From positions 1 through 45,896 of the forward strand of contig CAITQQ010000242.1 in NCBI GenBank assembly GCA_903894575.1: a DNA stretch of 45,896 nucleotides, given 5' to 3'. Both the position numbers and the translations under genes were made by a program. The notes below the pieces were generated by a model. That model had not been told where the DNA came from. It saw only the letters and a program-made list of their open reading frames with translations, and did not search any database. How positions within the stretch are numbered: position 1 is the first letter of the stretch; the number at the start of each line of letters is the position of its first letter. The DNA is from an uncultured bacterium. GTDB taxonomy: Bacteria > Bacteroidota > Bacteroidia > Chitinophagales > Chitinophagaceae. Shown here one piece after another: positions 17,166-27,335 of this stretch.

Positions 17166-18470
17166 CTATTGCTTGCTTATCTCACCTGTGATGTATCGAA
17201 TAGCTGTTGCCGCAATTTGTGCCCTGTATTGGGCATTGATATAACGATCTTGTGCTTCAATCAGGCTTAGCTGTGCCTGCCTCAATTCAATAGAATTGCT
17301 TTGTAGCTTTTTGAAGCGTTCTGTAGAAATGAAATTATTTTCTTCAGCCAGTTTTACATTGCTCTCTTCAACCTTGGAAACTGAAACAGCATTTTGGTAT
17401 TCCTGGAATGCAATCAGCAAATCCCTTTGCAATAAAGCGCGCAGCTGTTCTGTTTGTAAGTCCTGCTTTTTCTGTTGAATGCTATTGACTTTGAGTTGGG
17501 TCTTGTTGATGTTACCATTGAAGATAGGAATTCCTATACCCAATCCGATGTTTGGCCCAAAGGTCTGATTGGTAAGAAAGAATCCGGCAGTTGATTTTGA
17601 CCTGTTTAACACAGTATTTGAATTCAGTGATACTGAAGGCATCCTTTGAGAACTGATGATCTTTTTTTCAATCATCAGGTTCAGTTTCTCCTGTTGTGCC
17701 ATCAGCAATTGTGGGTTTTGCTGGTCGATTTTTGAAACAAGCGCATTGTACTCAATGGAAGGGATGCTGAACTGATCTTCCTTGGGATGAAATGCGTCCC
17801 CAGCATTTTTCTTGAGCAAGGCATTCATTGAAGCCTTTGTATTGGCCACCTGTTTGTAGATGTTCTGAAGATTCACTTCTTGCGCATTCAGGTCAATTTT
17901 TGCCTGCAGCATGTCTGTTTTAGCACCATTGCCCACATTGAACCTGGTTTCAGCGATCTTCAATCTTTCTTTTGATAAATCGATGATGGCTTTGGTGGCA
18001 ATGACCTGTTTGTTCAAACGAATCAGGTTGTAATAAATATTCAATACATCAAAAATGACCTGATCAATCTGTTGTGTGACAGCGATGCTGCCCATCTTCT
18101 CCATGGCTTCAAATCTTTCCATGGTAGACCTTACCCGCATGCCATTGAAAATTCTCCAACTGATGGCCAGGTTGGCATTGATGCTGCTGTTGGAAACATT
18201 GTTTCTTTCAATGCTGCTGCCATTGGCCAATTTTTGGTTGATATTGGAAACTGCTTCTGTATTGAAGATATTGCCTGCAACAGTAGGAAGCCCGCCAGCA
18301 TTTCCCCAGTTATTGTTGGACTTTGCAATATCCAGATCGGTTGAAGCAATCTGGATATCGAGGTTTTGTTTCAATGCCATGTCAACGGCTTCCTTTGCGG
18401 TAAAACTGCTGTCCTGCGATGAAACTGCATTGGCAAACAGAAGACTCAACAACACTGCTTTAATTCTCAT
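17166..18470 (-). CDS. TolC-family outer-membrane efflux protein
   Basis: Signal peptide, EAVDMALKQNLDI, and two helical repeats with RFNVG / RFKKL...ELRQAQ. It is the last gene of the RND operon. Confidence 0.92.
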   Translation of the reverse strand: MRIKAVLLSLLFANAVSSQDSSFTAKEAVDMALKQNLDIQIASTDLDIAKSNNNWGNAGGLPTVAGNIFNTEAVSNINQKLANGSSIERNNVSNSSINANLAISWRIFNGMRVRSTMERFEAMEKMGSIAVTQQIDQVIFDVLNIYYNLIRLNKQVIATKAIIDLSKERLKIAETRFNVGNGAKTDMLQAKIDLNAQEVNLQNIYKQVANTKASMNALLKKNAGDAFHPKEDQFSIPSIEYNALVSKIDQQNPQLLMAQQEKLNLMIEKKIISSQRMPSVSLNSNTVLNRSKSTAGFFLTNQTFGPNIGLGIGIPIFNGNINKTQLKVNSIQQKKQDLQTEQLRALLQRDLLIAFQEYQNAVSVSKVEESNVKLAEENNFISTERFKKLQSNSIELRQAQLSLIEAQDRYINAQYRAQIAATAIRYITGEISKQ

Positions 18471-21400
18471 GGGTAGCTCTTTTTTTCCTAGAAATATAAC
18501 TGTACAGCGCAGGCACTACAAACAAGGTCAGCACCAATGCAAACATCAGGCCACCAATAATGACAATGCCCAACGGAATCCTGCTTTTTCCTGCAGATCC
18601 CAATGCCAATGCAATAGGCAAGGCACCAAGGGCTGTGGCAAGGGTAGTCATCAAAATAGGTCTTAATCGTGCTACAGAAGCATCCAGCACTGCATCGATC
18701 TTGTTCATGCCTTTTTCTCTTTGCTGGTTGGCGAACTCAACAATCAGGATACCGTTTTTGGTAACCAACCCAATCAGCATGATGATACCAATCTGAGAGA
18801 AAATATTCAGCGATTGCCCAAAAACAGACAAACTGATTACAGCACCGGCCAAGGCCAGGGGAACAGTAATCATGATGATCAATGGATCAACAAAACTTTC
18901 AAACTGTGCAGCCAGCACGAGGAAGATCAATACCAGTGCTAACAGGAAGGCATTTTGGGTGTTGGAGGAACTCTCTGCAAAATCCCTTGAAGACCCACTG
19001 AGGCTTGTAGTAAACGATTCATCCAATACTTTTTTTGAAATCCGTTCCATCTCTTTGATGCCATCTCCAAGTGTTTTTCCATTGGCCAAACCTGCAGAAA
19101 CAATGGCACTCTTCAACCTGTTGTAATGGTAAATGGTTGGGGGAGTGGCGGTTTCAGATATGGTTACAAGGTTGTCAAGCTGAATCAGTTGTCCAGTTTT
19201 GCTGCGCAGATAAAAGGATTTGAGGTCCAGTGGCGCATCCCTGTCCTTTCTGTCTACCTGACCGATGACTTCATATTGCTTTCCGTTTCTGATGAAATAA
19301 CCAAACCTTCTTCCACTCAATGCAAGTTGAAGTGTATTGGAAATATCAAGGATTGAAATGCCGAGTTCTCCGGCTTTCAACCTGTCTATGGTCACCTGTA
19401 ATTCAGGCTTGTTGAATTTTAAATTGACATCATTTCCTTGAAAAACAGGACTTTTCACCACCTCATCCATGAACATTGGAACCTTTTCTTTGAGTTTATC
19501 AAAGTTGAGGTTCTGTAAAACGAATTGTACTGGCAACTGGCCCCTGCTGGATTGTCCAACTGAAATGGTCTGTTCCTGCAAGACAAGCACCCTCACGTCA
19601 GTGTAGTCCTTGAACATTTTGTTCATGCTCTGCGCAATTTCATTTTGGCTGCGTTTTCTTTCACTCGCATCCACAAGACCCATGCTAATGGAGGCAGCAT
19701 TGGCCCCACCAGACCCAGAGAAATTGGGTGCAAAAGACAAGACCACATAGCGCTCAGGGACTGAATCCATGATCTTCTCAGTGATGTCATACACCGCCCG
19801 GTCCATATAATCAAAATCTGTTCCTTCAGGAGCAAGGATACTGGTTCTCAGCCTGTTCCTGTCTTCCAAAGGTGCTAACTCAGAGGGAAGTTTTGCTCCA
19901 ACAAAATAAATGGCACCGACACAGGCAAGAACGATGACAAAGGCAATCCATCTTTGGCGCATGAATGCAGCCAACCAGCGTTGGTAACCGGATTCCATGC
20001 CTCTGAAAAAAGGTTCAGATTTGGTGTAGAACCATGAATGCTTGTGTACATTTTTCTTGGTCAGGTAGATGTTCAATACAGGTGTCAGTGATAGGGAAAC
20101 GAAGGCTGAAATCAATACTGCACCAGCAACAACTATTCCAAACTCCCTGAACAGCCTGCCTACAAATCCTTGAAGGAAGATGATTGGCAGAAATACAATG
20201 GCCAGGGTGATCGAGGTTGAAATGACAGCAAAGTAAATCTCTTTCGAACCTTCTCTTGCCGCCTTCCACTTGTCCATTCCTTGTTCAATCTTCTTGTAAA
20301 TATTTTCCGTTACCACAATTCCATCATCCACCACCAATCCCGTGGCGAGCACCAAAGACAGGAGTGTCAAAACATTGATGGAAAATCCTGCGATGTACAT
20401 GATGAAGAATGCACCTACAAGCGCCACAGGAATATCGATCAAAGGCCGGAAGGCGATAGACCATTCCCTGAAAAACAGATAAATGATGATGACCACCAGC
20501 AAAATCGCAATGATCAGTGTTTCATTCACTTCTGTGATGGCTTTCCTTACAAACTGTGTTTTGTCGTATCCCACTTCAAGGATAATGTCGGCAGGCAAAT
20601 CCTTTTTGATGACATCAAGCCGTTTGTACAGTTCATCAGCAATGGCAACCTGGTTGGATCCTGGCTGGGCCACCACACCGAGGTTCACTGACCGAATATT
20701 GTTTTTCCTGGTAGCAGATTCTTCATTTTCAGGTCCGATGATGGCATAACCGATGTCTTTGAGACGGATGCTTCTGCCTTCAGTCTGCCGAATGATCAGG
20801 TCATTGAAATCTTCTTCTGAGGTGAGTTTACCGTAGGCCTTTACGGTCATCTCGGTGGTGTTCCCACGAACCTTTCCACCAGGCAATTCTATGTTTTCGC
20901 GGTCAAGGGCTGATTTTACATCTTGGATGGTGAGTTTGTAGGCAGAAAGCTTTACTGGGTCAAACCAAATCCTCATGGCGGGGCGTTGTCCGAAAACACT
21001 TACGCCACTGACGCCGGGAATCGTTTGCAGTCTTTCCTGCACAATGTTTTCTGCCAGGTCCGATAGTTCGAGCATGGTCCTTTTGTTGCTCTGCATCTGT
21101 ATGAAAACAATCGGATCAGAATCAGAGTCTTGTTTGGCTACAGTAGGTGGTGCGTCTATATCTTGGGGCAGTCTTCCTGCTACCTGTGAAACCTTCTCCC
21201 TGACATCATTGGCTGCCCTTTCAAGGTCAACACCCAATTCAAATTCTACCGTGATGCTGCTGCTGCCCTGTGAACTTGAAGAAGTGATGTTCTTTACACC
21301 CTCAACACCGTTTACGGCTTTTTCAATGGGTTCTGTTACCTGTTGTTCTATGATTTCTGCATTCGCTCCTACATAGCTGGTCCTTACATTGACCACGGGA

Positions 21401-21525
21401 GGATCAATGGCTGGGTATTCCCTGACACCCAAAAAACTATAGCCGATGGCACCAAAAATGATGATGACAATGCTGCATACAACTGCAAAAACTGGTCTTT
21501 TAATGCTTAATTCAGAAAGATTCAT
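18460..21525 (-). CDS. RND efflux permease (AcrB/AcrD/AcrF family)
   Basis: 1021 aa. SIKRPVFA, proton-relay motif GLVVDDGIVVTENI, GLVTKNGILIVEF and RLRPILMT. Confidence 0.96.
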   Translation of the reverse strand: MNLSELSIKRPVFAVVCSIVIIIFGAIGYSFLGVREYPAIDPPVVNVRTSYVGANAEIIEQQVTEPIEKAVNGVEGVKNITSSSSQGSSSITVEFELGVDLERAANDVREKVSQVAGRLPQDIDAPPTVAKQDSDSDPIVFIQMQSNKRTMLELSDLAENIVQERLQTIPGVSGVSVFGQRPAMRIWFDPVKLSAYKLTIQDVKSALDRENIELPGGKVRGNTTEMTVKAYGKLTSEEDFNDLIIRQTEGRSIRLKDIGYAIIGPENEESATRKNNIRSVNLGVVAQPGSNQVAIADELYKRLDVIKKDLPADIILEVGYDKTQFVRKAITEVNETLIIAILLVVIIIYLFFREWSIAFRPLIDIPVALVGAFFIMYIAGFSINVLTLLSLVLATGLVVDDGIVVTENIYKKIEQGMDKWKAAREGSKEIYFAVISTSITLAIVFLPIIFLQGFVGRLFREFGIVVAGAVLISAFVSLSLTPVLNIYLTKKNVHKHSWFYTKSEPFFRGMESGYQRWLAAFMRQRWIAFVIVLACVGAIYFVGAKLPSELAPLEDRNRLRTSILAPEGTDFDYMDRAVYDITEKIMDSVPERYVVLSFAPNFSGSGGANAASISMGLVDASERKRSQNEIAQSMNKMFKDYTDVRVLVLQEQTISVGQSSRGQLPVQFVLQNLNFDKLKEKVPMFMDEVVKSPVFQGNDVNLKFNKPELQVTIDRLKAGELGISILDISNTLQLALSGRRFGYFIRNGKQYEVIGQVDRKDRDAPLDLKSFYLRSKTGQLIQLDNLVTISETATPPTIYHYNRLKSAIVSAGLANGKTLGDGIKEMERISKKVLDESFTTSLSGSSRDFAESSSNTQNAFLLALVLIFLVLAAQFESFVDPLIIMITVPLALAGAVISLSVFGQSLNIFSQIGIIMLIGLVTKNGILIVEFANQQREKGMNKIDAVLDASVARLRPILMTTLATALGALPIALALGSAGKSRIPLGIVIIGGLMFALVLTLFVVPALYSYISRKKRATHEN

Positions 21526-21546
21526 TGGGCCAGGGTTGGTTTGTTA

Positions 21547-22584
21547 CTAATTTACTTTACTGAGTTTCACTTTAGAATCCTTTCTGATGAACAGTAGGCC
21601 TGTGGTGATGACCGTATCGCCTGGTTGAAGCCCGCTGGTGATTTGAACGTTATCAGCATTCCTCAATCCGGTGGTCACGCTCACAAATTCAGGTGTACCG
21701 TTGCGGTAAATCAAGAGTTGTTTTGTGCGGGCACTTGGAACAATGCATTGTGAGGGAACCATGACGGCAGCATTGTTGGCACCAAGGGTGAGGCCAACTT
21801 TTGCAAAGGACCCTGGCACAAGGTTATTTTTTCCATCGTTGATGGTTGCGAGAATTTTGAGGTTTCTGGTTTCAGATTCAATCACAGTTTCTGAAGCCAA
21901 AATGGTGGCTTTGTATGTGCCCTCTTTTCCTTCAATGCCAAAATCAACCGACATGCCTGGTCTGATGTCATTGCTGTATTTCTCAGGAATGCTGAAGCTT
22001 ATTTTCTTCATGTTGACCTGGCTGAGGGTTGTAAGAATATTGGCTGGGGTGATGTATGCGCCAAGGCTGATATTCCTAAGCCCCATCCTACCCGCATAAG
22101 GTGCACGGATTTCCGTTTTTCCGATATTTACCATGGTCAGTTCTATGTCAGCCTTGATGTTATTGACTTGCAAAAGACTGAGGTCATAATCCTGTTGACT
22201 GATACCACTGATTTTAAGGAGTTCCCTTTGGCGTTCTTCTGTTTTTTCCGCGATTTGCAACTGCACTTTCAATTTTTTGAGTTGTGCCTGAAGGTCTCCG
22301 TCAAATAATTTGACCAGCAACAGATCTTTGGCAACAGTTGAACCCTCCTTGAAATTGAGCTGGATGACCCTTCCGGAAATCTCAGGCCGGATCTCGGTTA
22401 GCTCATAGGGAAGAATATTACCAGCCACCTCAATGGACGTTGAAACGGTGGTGGGCTTGATAACAATTGCCTCAACAGAAACCGGACCAGATTTGGACCC
22501 ATCCTGAGGTTTTTTGACATCTTTTTTCTCTTCACAGGCAATCATTGCCATCAGCAGGGTAAGGGCTAGGCTGAACTTTTTCAT
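21547..22584 (-). CDS. RND periplasmic adaptor (membrane fusion) lipoprotein
   Basis: Lipobox-like MAMIAC, EIRPEISGRV, hairpin coiled coil and TEIRAPYAG. Confidence 0.93.
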   Translation of the reverse strand: MKKFSLALTLLMAMIACEEKKDVKKPQDGSKSGPVSVEAIVIKPTTVSTSIEVAGNILPYELTEIRPEISGRVIQLNFKEGSTVAKDLLLVKLFDGDLQAQLKKLKVQLQIAEKTEERQRELLKISGISQQDYDLSLLQVNNIKADIELTMVNIGKTEIRAPYAGRMGLRNISLGAYITPANILTTLSQVNMKKISFSIPEKYSNDIRPGMSVDFGIEGKEGTYKATILASETVIESETRNLKILATINDGKNNLVPGSFAKVGLTLGANNAAVMVPSQCIVPSARTKQLLIYRNGTPEFVSVTTGLRNADNVQITSGLQPGDTVITTGLLFIRKDSKVKLSKVN

Positions 22585-22652
22585 ATCTACGAAAATAAGT
22601 TGAATTTCCTTTGAAAGGTATTGAATTTGATGATTTTATGGTCAAATTCCTT

Positions 22653-22985
22653 CTACCCAATTTTTGCACCATTTTCTACTTTCATACCAGCCTCCAGCAG
22701 CACAACCTGGTTGTTGCTGTCATAGACACCCAAGACCAGGCATTCACTGAAAAAGTTGGCGATTTGTTTGGGCGGAAAATTGACAACAGCCATCACCTGC
22801 CTTCCCATCAAAGATTCAGTGGTATAATGGTGGGTGATTTGGGCCGAAGACCGTTTGATGCCCAATGTTCCAAAATCAATTTCCAGTTGATAAGCGGGTT
22901 TTAATGCTTTTTCAAAGGGGTTGACGGATACAATCGTCCCACATCGGATGTCAATTTTTTCAAAATCATTCCAGGAGATGGTCAT
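22653..22985 (-). CDS. csaA: CsaA / Trbp111 tRNA-binding export chaperone
   Basis: Motifs WNDFEKIDIRCGTI, SSAQIT and VVNFPPKQIANFFSECLVLG. Start moved to ATG 22985 (110 aa). Confidence 0.9.
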   Translation of the reverse strand: MTISWNDFEKIDIRCGTIVSVNPFEKALKPAYQLEIDFGTLGIKRSSAQITHHYTTESLMGRQVMAVVNFPPKQIANFFSECLVLGVYDSNNQVVLLEAGMKVENGAKIG

Positions 22986-23047
22986 GCAAATCTTTTGGAT
23001 AAAATTAGCCAAAACAAATTTGTCGCTGCAGGATGGCCTATAAAAAA

Positions 23048-23914
23048 TCAATCATCTAAAGCTGAAATAAGCAGCAGCAGAGCCTTATGGCGTTCAACCT
23101 CACCTTTTATTTGCTCTGCTTTGGCAATTTCCCTGAGCCAGCGTTGAACAAAGTTCTTTGCGTTGGATGGTGAATAGGTTACAGGCGGGTGGGCAAGGTT
23201 CATTTTTTTTACATAATTCTGGACATCGAGATGGGTATATACTTGTCCATTCAGCGGGTCAATATAAAAGAGGATATCGCTGCCTTCCATGCTGATGATG
23301 GAACTGCCTTCTTCGACATAACAAAGGAGGTTTTGTTTGGGGATATCAGCCGGTGATATGGTAAGGCCAAGCATTTCAGCTACAATCAGGTACAATGAAG
23401 CCAATGGAAATGTATTCGAAACCTTATTGGTGAGTAAAAGGGAAGGGTCAAAATGAGCCGTTGATCCATGATCCAGTTCCAAACCTTTGAAGTTGTAATG
23501 TCCAAAGATGATTTTATTGAGGATATTGATTTCCTCTAATGGAGTCAGATAATCATTCATTTCAAGCCAAATGGTTTTTCTGATTTTTTCAACCTCGAAA
23601 AACAAACGATCCCTGTCAAACTCAGGATTAAGATAGGCTGTAATGAACAACGAGGCTTCCAGCACTGACTGGTCTTCACTCTTCAACCAATCCGTTATTG
23701 CATTTTCAAGACAGGAAATTGAAATCTGGGAAATGATGGAATTGATTTTTGCTACCTGCAGGGGGTCATCCGTCATTTCTTGAAATTCATTCAGCACTGG
23801 AATGACATCCTGCCCAAAACCAATGAATCGTTTGGTAATGGTTTGGTATACTTCATCATCAGGATCTTCAATAAGATTCAGCAATGCATTGATTTCTCCT
23901 GTTGTGTTGATCAT
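23048..23914 (-). CDS. SirB1 / transglutaminase-like (Transglut_core2) family protein
   Basis: Motifs EINALLNLIEDPDDEVY, IWLEMNDYLTPLEEINILN and FYIDPLNG. ATG at 23914. Confidence 0.75.
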   Translation of the reverse strand: MINTTGEINALLNLIEDPDDEVYQTITKRFIGFGQDVIPVLNEFQEMTDDPLQVAKINSIISQISISCLENAITDWLKSEDQSVLEASLFITAYLNPEFDRDRLFFEVEKIRKTIWLEMNDYLTPLEEINILNKIIFGHYNFKGLELDHGSTAHFDPSLLLTNKVSNTFPLASLYLIVAEMLGLTISPADIPKQNLLCYVEEGSSIISMEGSDILFYIDPLNGQVYTHLDVQNYVKKMNLAHPPVTYSPSNAKNFVQRWLREIAKAEQIKGEVERHKALLLLISALDD

Positions 23915-23931
23915 CAACCGATCCTTTTCAA

Positions 23932-26274
23932 TTATTTTTTTGGTGCTCTTCTTTTACCACGGGTAGGGTTGGCAATCGCATGTTCAATCATAGCCTGCAC
24001 TTCCTCGATACTGAGGTCCTGAACATTCTCTTGTTTCTCCTTTGGAATGGGGAAGTTCTTCAACCCTTTCTTGATGTATGGTCCGTAAGGCCCTTTCAAC
24101 AATTGGATCTTTTCCTTTTCGAAGATTTTGATGGTTCGTTCATCCTTTGCTTTTCGCTTTTCCGAGATGAGCGGAATGGCAACATCAAGTGTAATTTCGT
24201 AAGGGTCATATTCTTTTGAAAGTGAATAAAACTTTTTGTCATGGGCGAGGTAAGGTCCAAATCTTCCGATATTGACCTGCACTGGCTCGTTCTCAAAATC
24301 ACCAAGAACCCTGGGTAGTTTGAACAACTCCATGGCCTGTTCCAGGTTGATGGTCTCAATGCTTTGATCGGCCTTCAGTTTGGCAAACCGTGGTTTTTCC
24401 TCTTCTGTGGTTTCGCCTATTTGCACCATTGGGCCGTAACGTCCCATCCTGGCAATTACCCTTTTGCCTGTTGTTGCTTCATGGCCCAGTTCTCTTTCAC
24501 CGCTGATGCGTTCAGCTGTTTCCATGGTATTGTCTACATCCTTTTTGAAAGGCGCGTAGAAATCCTTCAGCATTTTTCCCCAATCTTCGTTGCCATCTGC
24601 AATGCTGTCAAACTCATTCTCAATCTTGGCAGTAAAGCCATAATCAAGAACCTGATCGAAATACTGGATCAGAAAATCAGTTACCACAGACCCAAGGTCA
24701 GTAGGGAACAATTTGGATTTTTCTGCACCGGTATTTTCTTGCTCTATGGCTTTAGAGATCGTATTGTTGCTGAGCTTCAGTACACGGTAATCCCTCTTAA
24801 CACCATCTTTATCTCTCTTCTCAACATATCCTCTTTTGAGAATGGTTGAAATCGTGGGGGCGTAGGTTGAGGGACGGCCAATGCCAAGCTCTTCCATTTT
24901 CTTTACCAATGATGCCTCTGTATACCTTGGCTGAGCTCGTGTAAAGCGCTCTGTGGCCAGCATTTCATTCAATTCAAGCTGTTGACCTTTGGCCAATGGA
25001 GGGAGCATGCCTTCAGTAGACGGTTCTTCGCCTTCATCTTCATCATCCCTGCTTTCGTTGTATACCTTTAGAAAACCCTCAAATTTCATCACTTCACCTT
25101 CTGCTTTGAGTAGTTCCTGTTGGGTGGAAATGGTTATTTCAGCAATGGTTTTTTCAAGCTCGGCATCAGCCATTTGTGAGGCCATGGTTCTCTTCCAGAT
25201 CAGTTCATACAAGCGCTGACCATCAGCGATATCCACTGTCGGTTTATCCATATAGGTTGGCCTGATGGCCTCATGCGCTTCCTGTGCTGATTCGTTCTTG
25301 TTTTTGAATTTTCTTACCTGAAGGTAATCTTTGCCATAACTGTCGGTAATCTGCTTGGAAATATCACCCATGGCAGTTTCACTCAATGAAACACTGTCAG
25401 TTCTCATGTAGGTAATATGACCAGCTTCATAAAGTTTCTGTGCAATAAGCATGGTCTTGCTCACCCCATATCCAAGCTTTCGGCTGGCTTCCTGTTGAAG
25501 GGTAGAGGTGGTAAATGGTGCAGCAGGTGATTTTTTGGCCGGTTTCTTTTGTACATCCTTCACGGTATATCCAGCACCAATACAGCCTTGTAGAAACTGC
25601 TCAGCATCTTGCTGTGTATTCTTTTTAGCGCCTTCTGCCTTGAAGATAACCTGTTTGCCGTTGATGTCTTTTGCCTTGAAGAAACCTTCTACCTTGAAGC
25701 TTCCAGTGGCAGTGAATCCATTGATGGCCCTTTCACGTTCAACAATCAAACGCACCGCAACACTTTGAACACGGCCTGCACTGAGGTTGCCCCTCATGCT
25801 CATTTTCCTCCATAGGATGGGGGATATTTCAAATCCTACAATCCTGTCAAGAATACGCCTTGCCTGCTGTGCATTGACAAGGTTCATGTTGACGGTTCTT
25901 GGTTTTTCAACCGCAGCACGGATTGCCGGTTTGGTGATTTCGTGGAAAACAATGCGCTTTGTCGTGACCGGATCAAGACCCAATACTTCACAAAGATGCC
26001 AGCTGATGGCTTCTCCCTCACGGTCCTCATCCGTTGCGAGCCATACTTCACCAGATTTTTTTGCGATTTGCTTCAGTTCCTTGACCACTTTTTCCTTTTC
26101 TTCGGGAACGATATACCTGGGCTTAAAGCCTTTTTTGATGTCAATACCCATTTCACTCTTCTCAAGGTCGCGGATGTGACCAAAACAGCTTTTCACTTCA
26201 AAGTCACTACCAAGAATCTTTTCAATGGTTTTTGCTTTGGCCGGGGACTCAACTATAAGTAGGTTTTTTGCCAT
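23932..26274 (-). CDS. topA: DNA topoisomerase I
   Basis: Motifs LLIVESPAKAKTI, ATDEDREGEAI, SAGRVQS, catalytic ITYMRTDS and GIGRPSTYA. C-terminal GRYGP/GRFGP/GPYGP repeats replace zinc fingers. Confidence 0.98.
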   Translation of the reverse strand: MAKNLLIVESPAKAKTIEKILGSDFEVKSCFGHIRDLEKSEMGIDIKKGFKPRYIVPEEKEKVVKELKQIAKKSGEVWLATDEDREGEAISWHLCEVLGLDPVTTKRIVFHEITKPAIRAAVEKPRTVNMNLVNAQQARRILDRIVGFEISPILWRKMSMRGNLSAGRVQSVAVRLIVERERAINGFTATGSFKVEGFFKAKDINGKQVIFKAEGAKKNTQQDAEQFLQGCIGAGYTVKDVQKKPAKKSPAAPFTTSTLQQEASRKLGYGVSKTMLIAQKLYEAGHITYMRTDSVSLSETAMGDISKQITDSYGKDYLQVRKFKNKNESAQEAHEAIRPTYMDKPTVDIADGQRLYELIWKRTMASQMADAELEKTIAEITISTQQELLKAEGEVMKFEGFLKVYNESRDDEDEGEEPSTEGMLPPLAKGQQLELNEMLATERFTRAQPRYTEASLVKKMEELGIGRPSTYAPTISTILKRGYVEKRDKDGVKRDYRVLKLSNNTISKAIEQENTGAEKSKLFPTDLGSVVTDFLIQYFDQVLDYGFTAKIENEFDSIADGNEDWGKMLKDFYAPFKKDVDNTMETAERISGERELGHEATTGKRVIARMGRYGPMVQIGETTEEEKPRFAKLKADQSIETINLEQAMELFKLPRVLGDFENEPVQVNIGRFGPYLAHDKKFYSLSKEYDPYEITLDVAIPLISEKRKAKDERTIKIFEKEKIQLLKGPYGPYIKKGLKNFPIPKEKQENVQDLSIEEVQAMIEHAIANPTRGKRRAPKK

Positions 26275-26403
26275 TTTTTCTTTCTCTTCTGATAAGTTAT
26301 CTCACCAATTGTTGACTCGATTGACTGGGTTTTTAATCCATGGATCGATGTCCATCACGATGCAATAATAAGATAAAGCGAATGAATTCTAACAAATCTG
26401 TTC

Positions 26404-27243
26404 TTAAATGAAATCAATTATCCTTTTTATAACAACCGGGTCTTTGTATATTTTTCTGTGTCCAAGTCCTTCAGTAATCATGAACTCTATATTGGCAGGT
26501 GATAGCTCCAACAAGGGTTTTAGATCCGAAAGGGGGGTGATGTCATCATCCTTATCATGTATCCAGAGAATAGAATTGGTCAGCTTGGGAGCAATCCTGT
26601 TAATAGAATAGTGGAATATATCTTTCCCTGATTTTTGTTTTATATAGGCATATATAGATGCTTTGATCTTAGGCGCCAATCCAAAAAAATGGCTGAACAG
26701 GTCAATGGCAGATTTTGTTTCTGTCGCCGGAGCGATCAATACCATTTTGGCTACAGGATTATTATGATTTTCCTGGTACAGGCATAATGCAATGCCTCCG
26801 AAAGAATGGGAGATAAAGCCGTCAAATTTGCCCAATTTTTCTTCCAGTACCTTGATCATCGCCGCATATTCTGGTGCGGTGGTGGTCTTTCCTTCGCTAT
26901 TGCCATGTGCTTTTCCGTCCATGGCAATCACACCATATCCTTTTCCCAGCAATGGGGTAATATACCTGTCAAAATTATATGCCCTTGATTCGAAGCCGTG
27001 TAAAATCAGGACTTTCTTTTTTGCATCGGGGTTCCATTGGTACCCACGGATGGCTAGCCCATCAACCTCAATCTCAATGGCTGTTGTCTGATGAAAAATG
27101 GGTGGTGCCACGTTTCTTGGTTTTCTGTAAGGGGTACAAAAAATATTGAAGGCAACTGATGCCCCCCATTGAGAAGAAAAGAAGGAGGCTATTTTTATGC
27201 TTGATTTTAGGGAAAATAGGGTCAGCTTCTGTGCTGTAGTCAT
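26404..27243 (-). CDS. Alpha/beta-fold hydrolase
   Basis: LILHGFES, nucleophile elbow SHSFGG, IHDKDD and GLGHRKI. Confidence 0.88.
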   Translation of the reverse strand: MTTAQKLTLFSLKSSIKIASFFSSQWGASVAFNIFCTPYRKPRNVAPPIFHQTTAIEIEVDGLAIRGYQWNPDAKKKVLILHGFESRAYNFDRYITPLLGKGYGVIAMDGKAHGNSEGKTTTAPEYAAMIKVLEEKLGKFDGFISHSFGGIALCLYQENHNNPVAKMVLIAPATETKSAIDLFSHFFGLAPKIKASIYAYIKQKSGKDIFHYSINRIAPKLTNSILWIHDKDDDITPLSDLKPLLELSPANIEFMITEGLGHRKIYKDPVVIKRIIDFI

Positions 27244-27265
27244 ATATAGTTGTTCTGCTCTTGTG

Positions 27266-27273
27266 CAAATATA
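27266..27273 (-). promoter_or_regulatory. -7 box for the alpha/beta hydrolase
   Basis: TATATTTG on the minus strand, 22 nt before the ATG. Confidence 0.55.
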
Positions 27274-27315
27274 CTGCAGCGCTTTTTGGGACAGGGGTAT
27301 TTATCCCGAATAGAT

Positions 27316-27323
27316 TAACTTTG
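27316..27323 (+). promoter_or_regulatory. -7 box for kdsC-ubiA-maf
   Basis: TAACTTTG, 12 nt before ATG 27336. Confidence 0.55.
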
Positions 27324-27335
27324 TTATCATTCGGT

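Noticed and set aside
18076-18666. 196-aa plus-strand ORF across the TolC/RND junction
   Set aside because: It is antisense to two well-supported genes and has no family signature.
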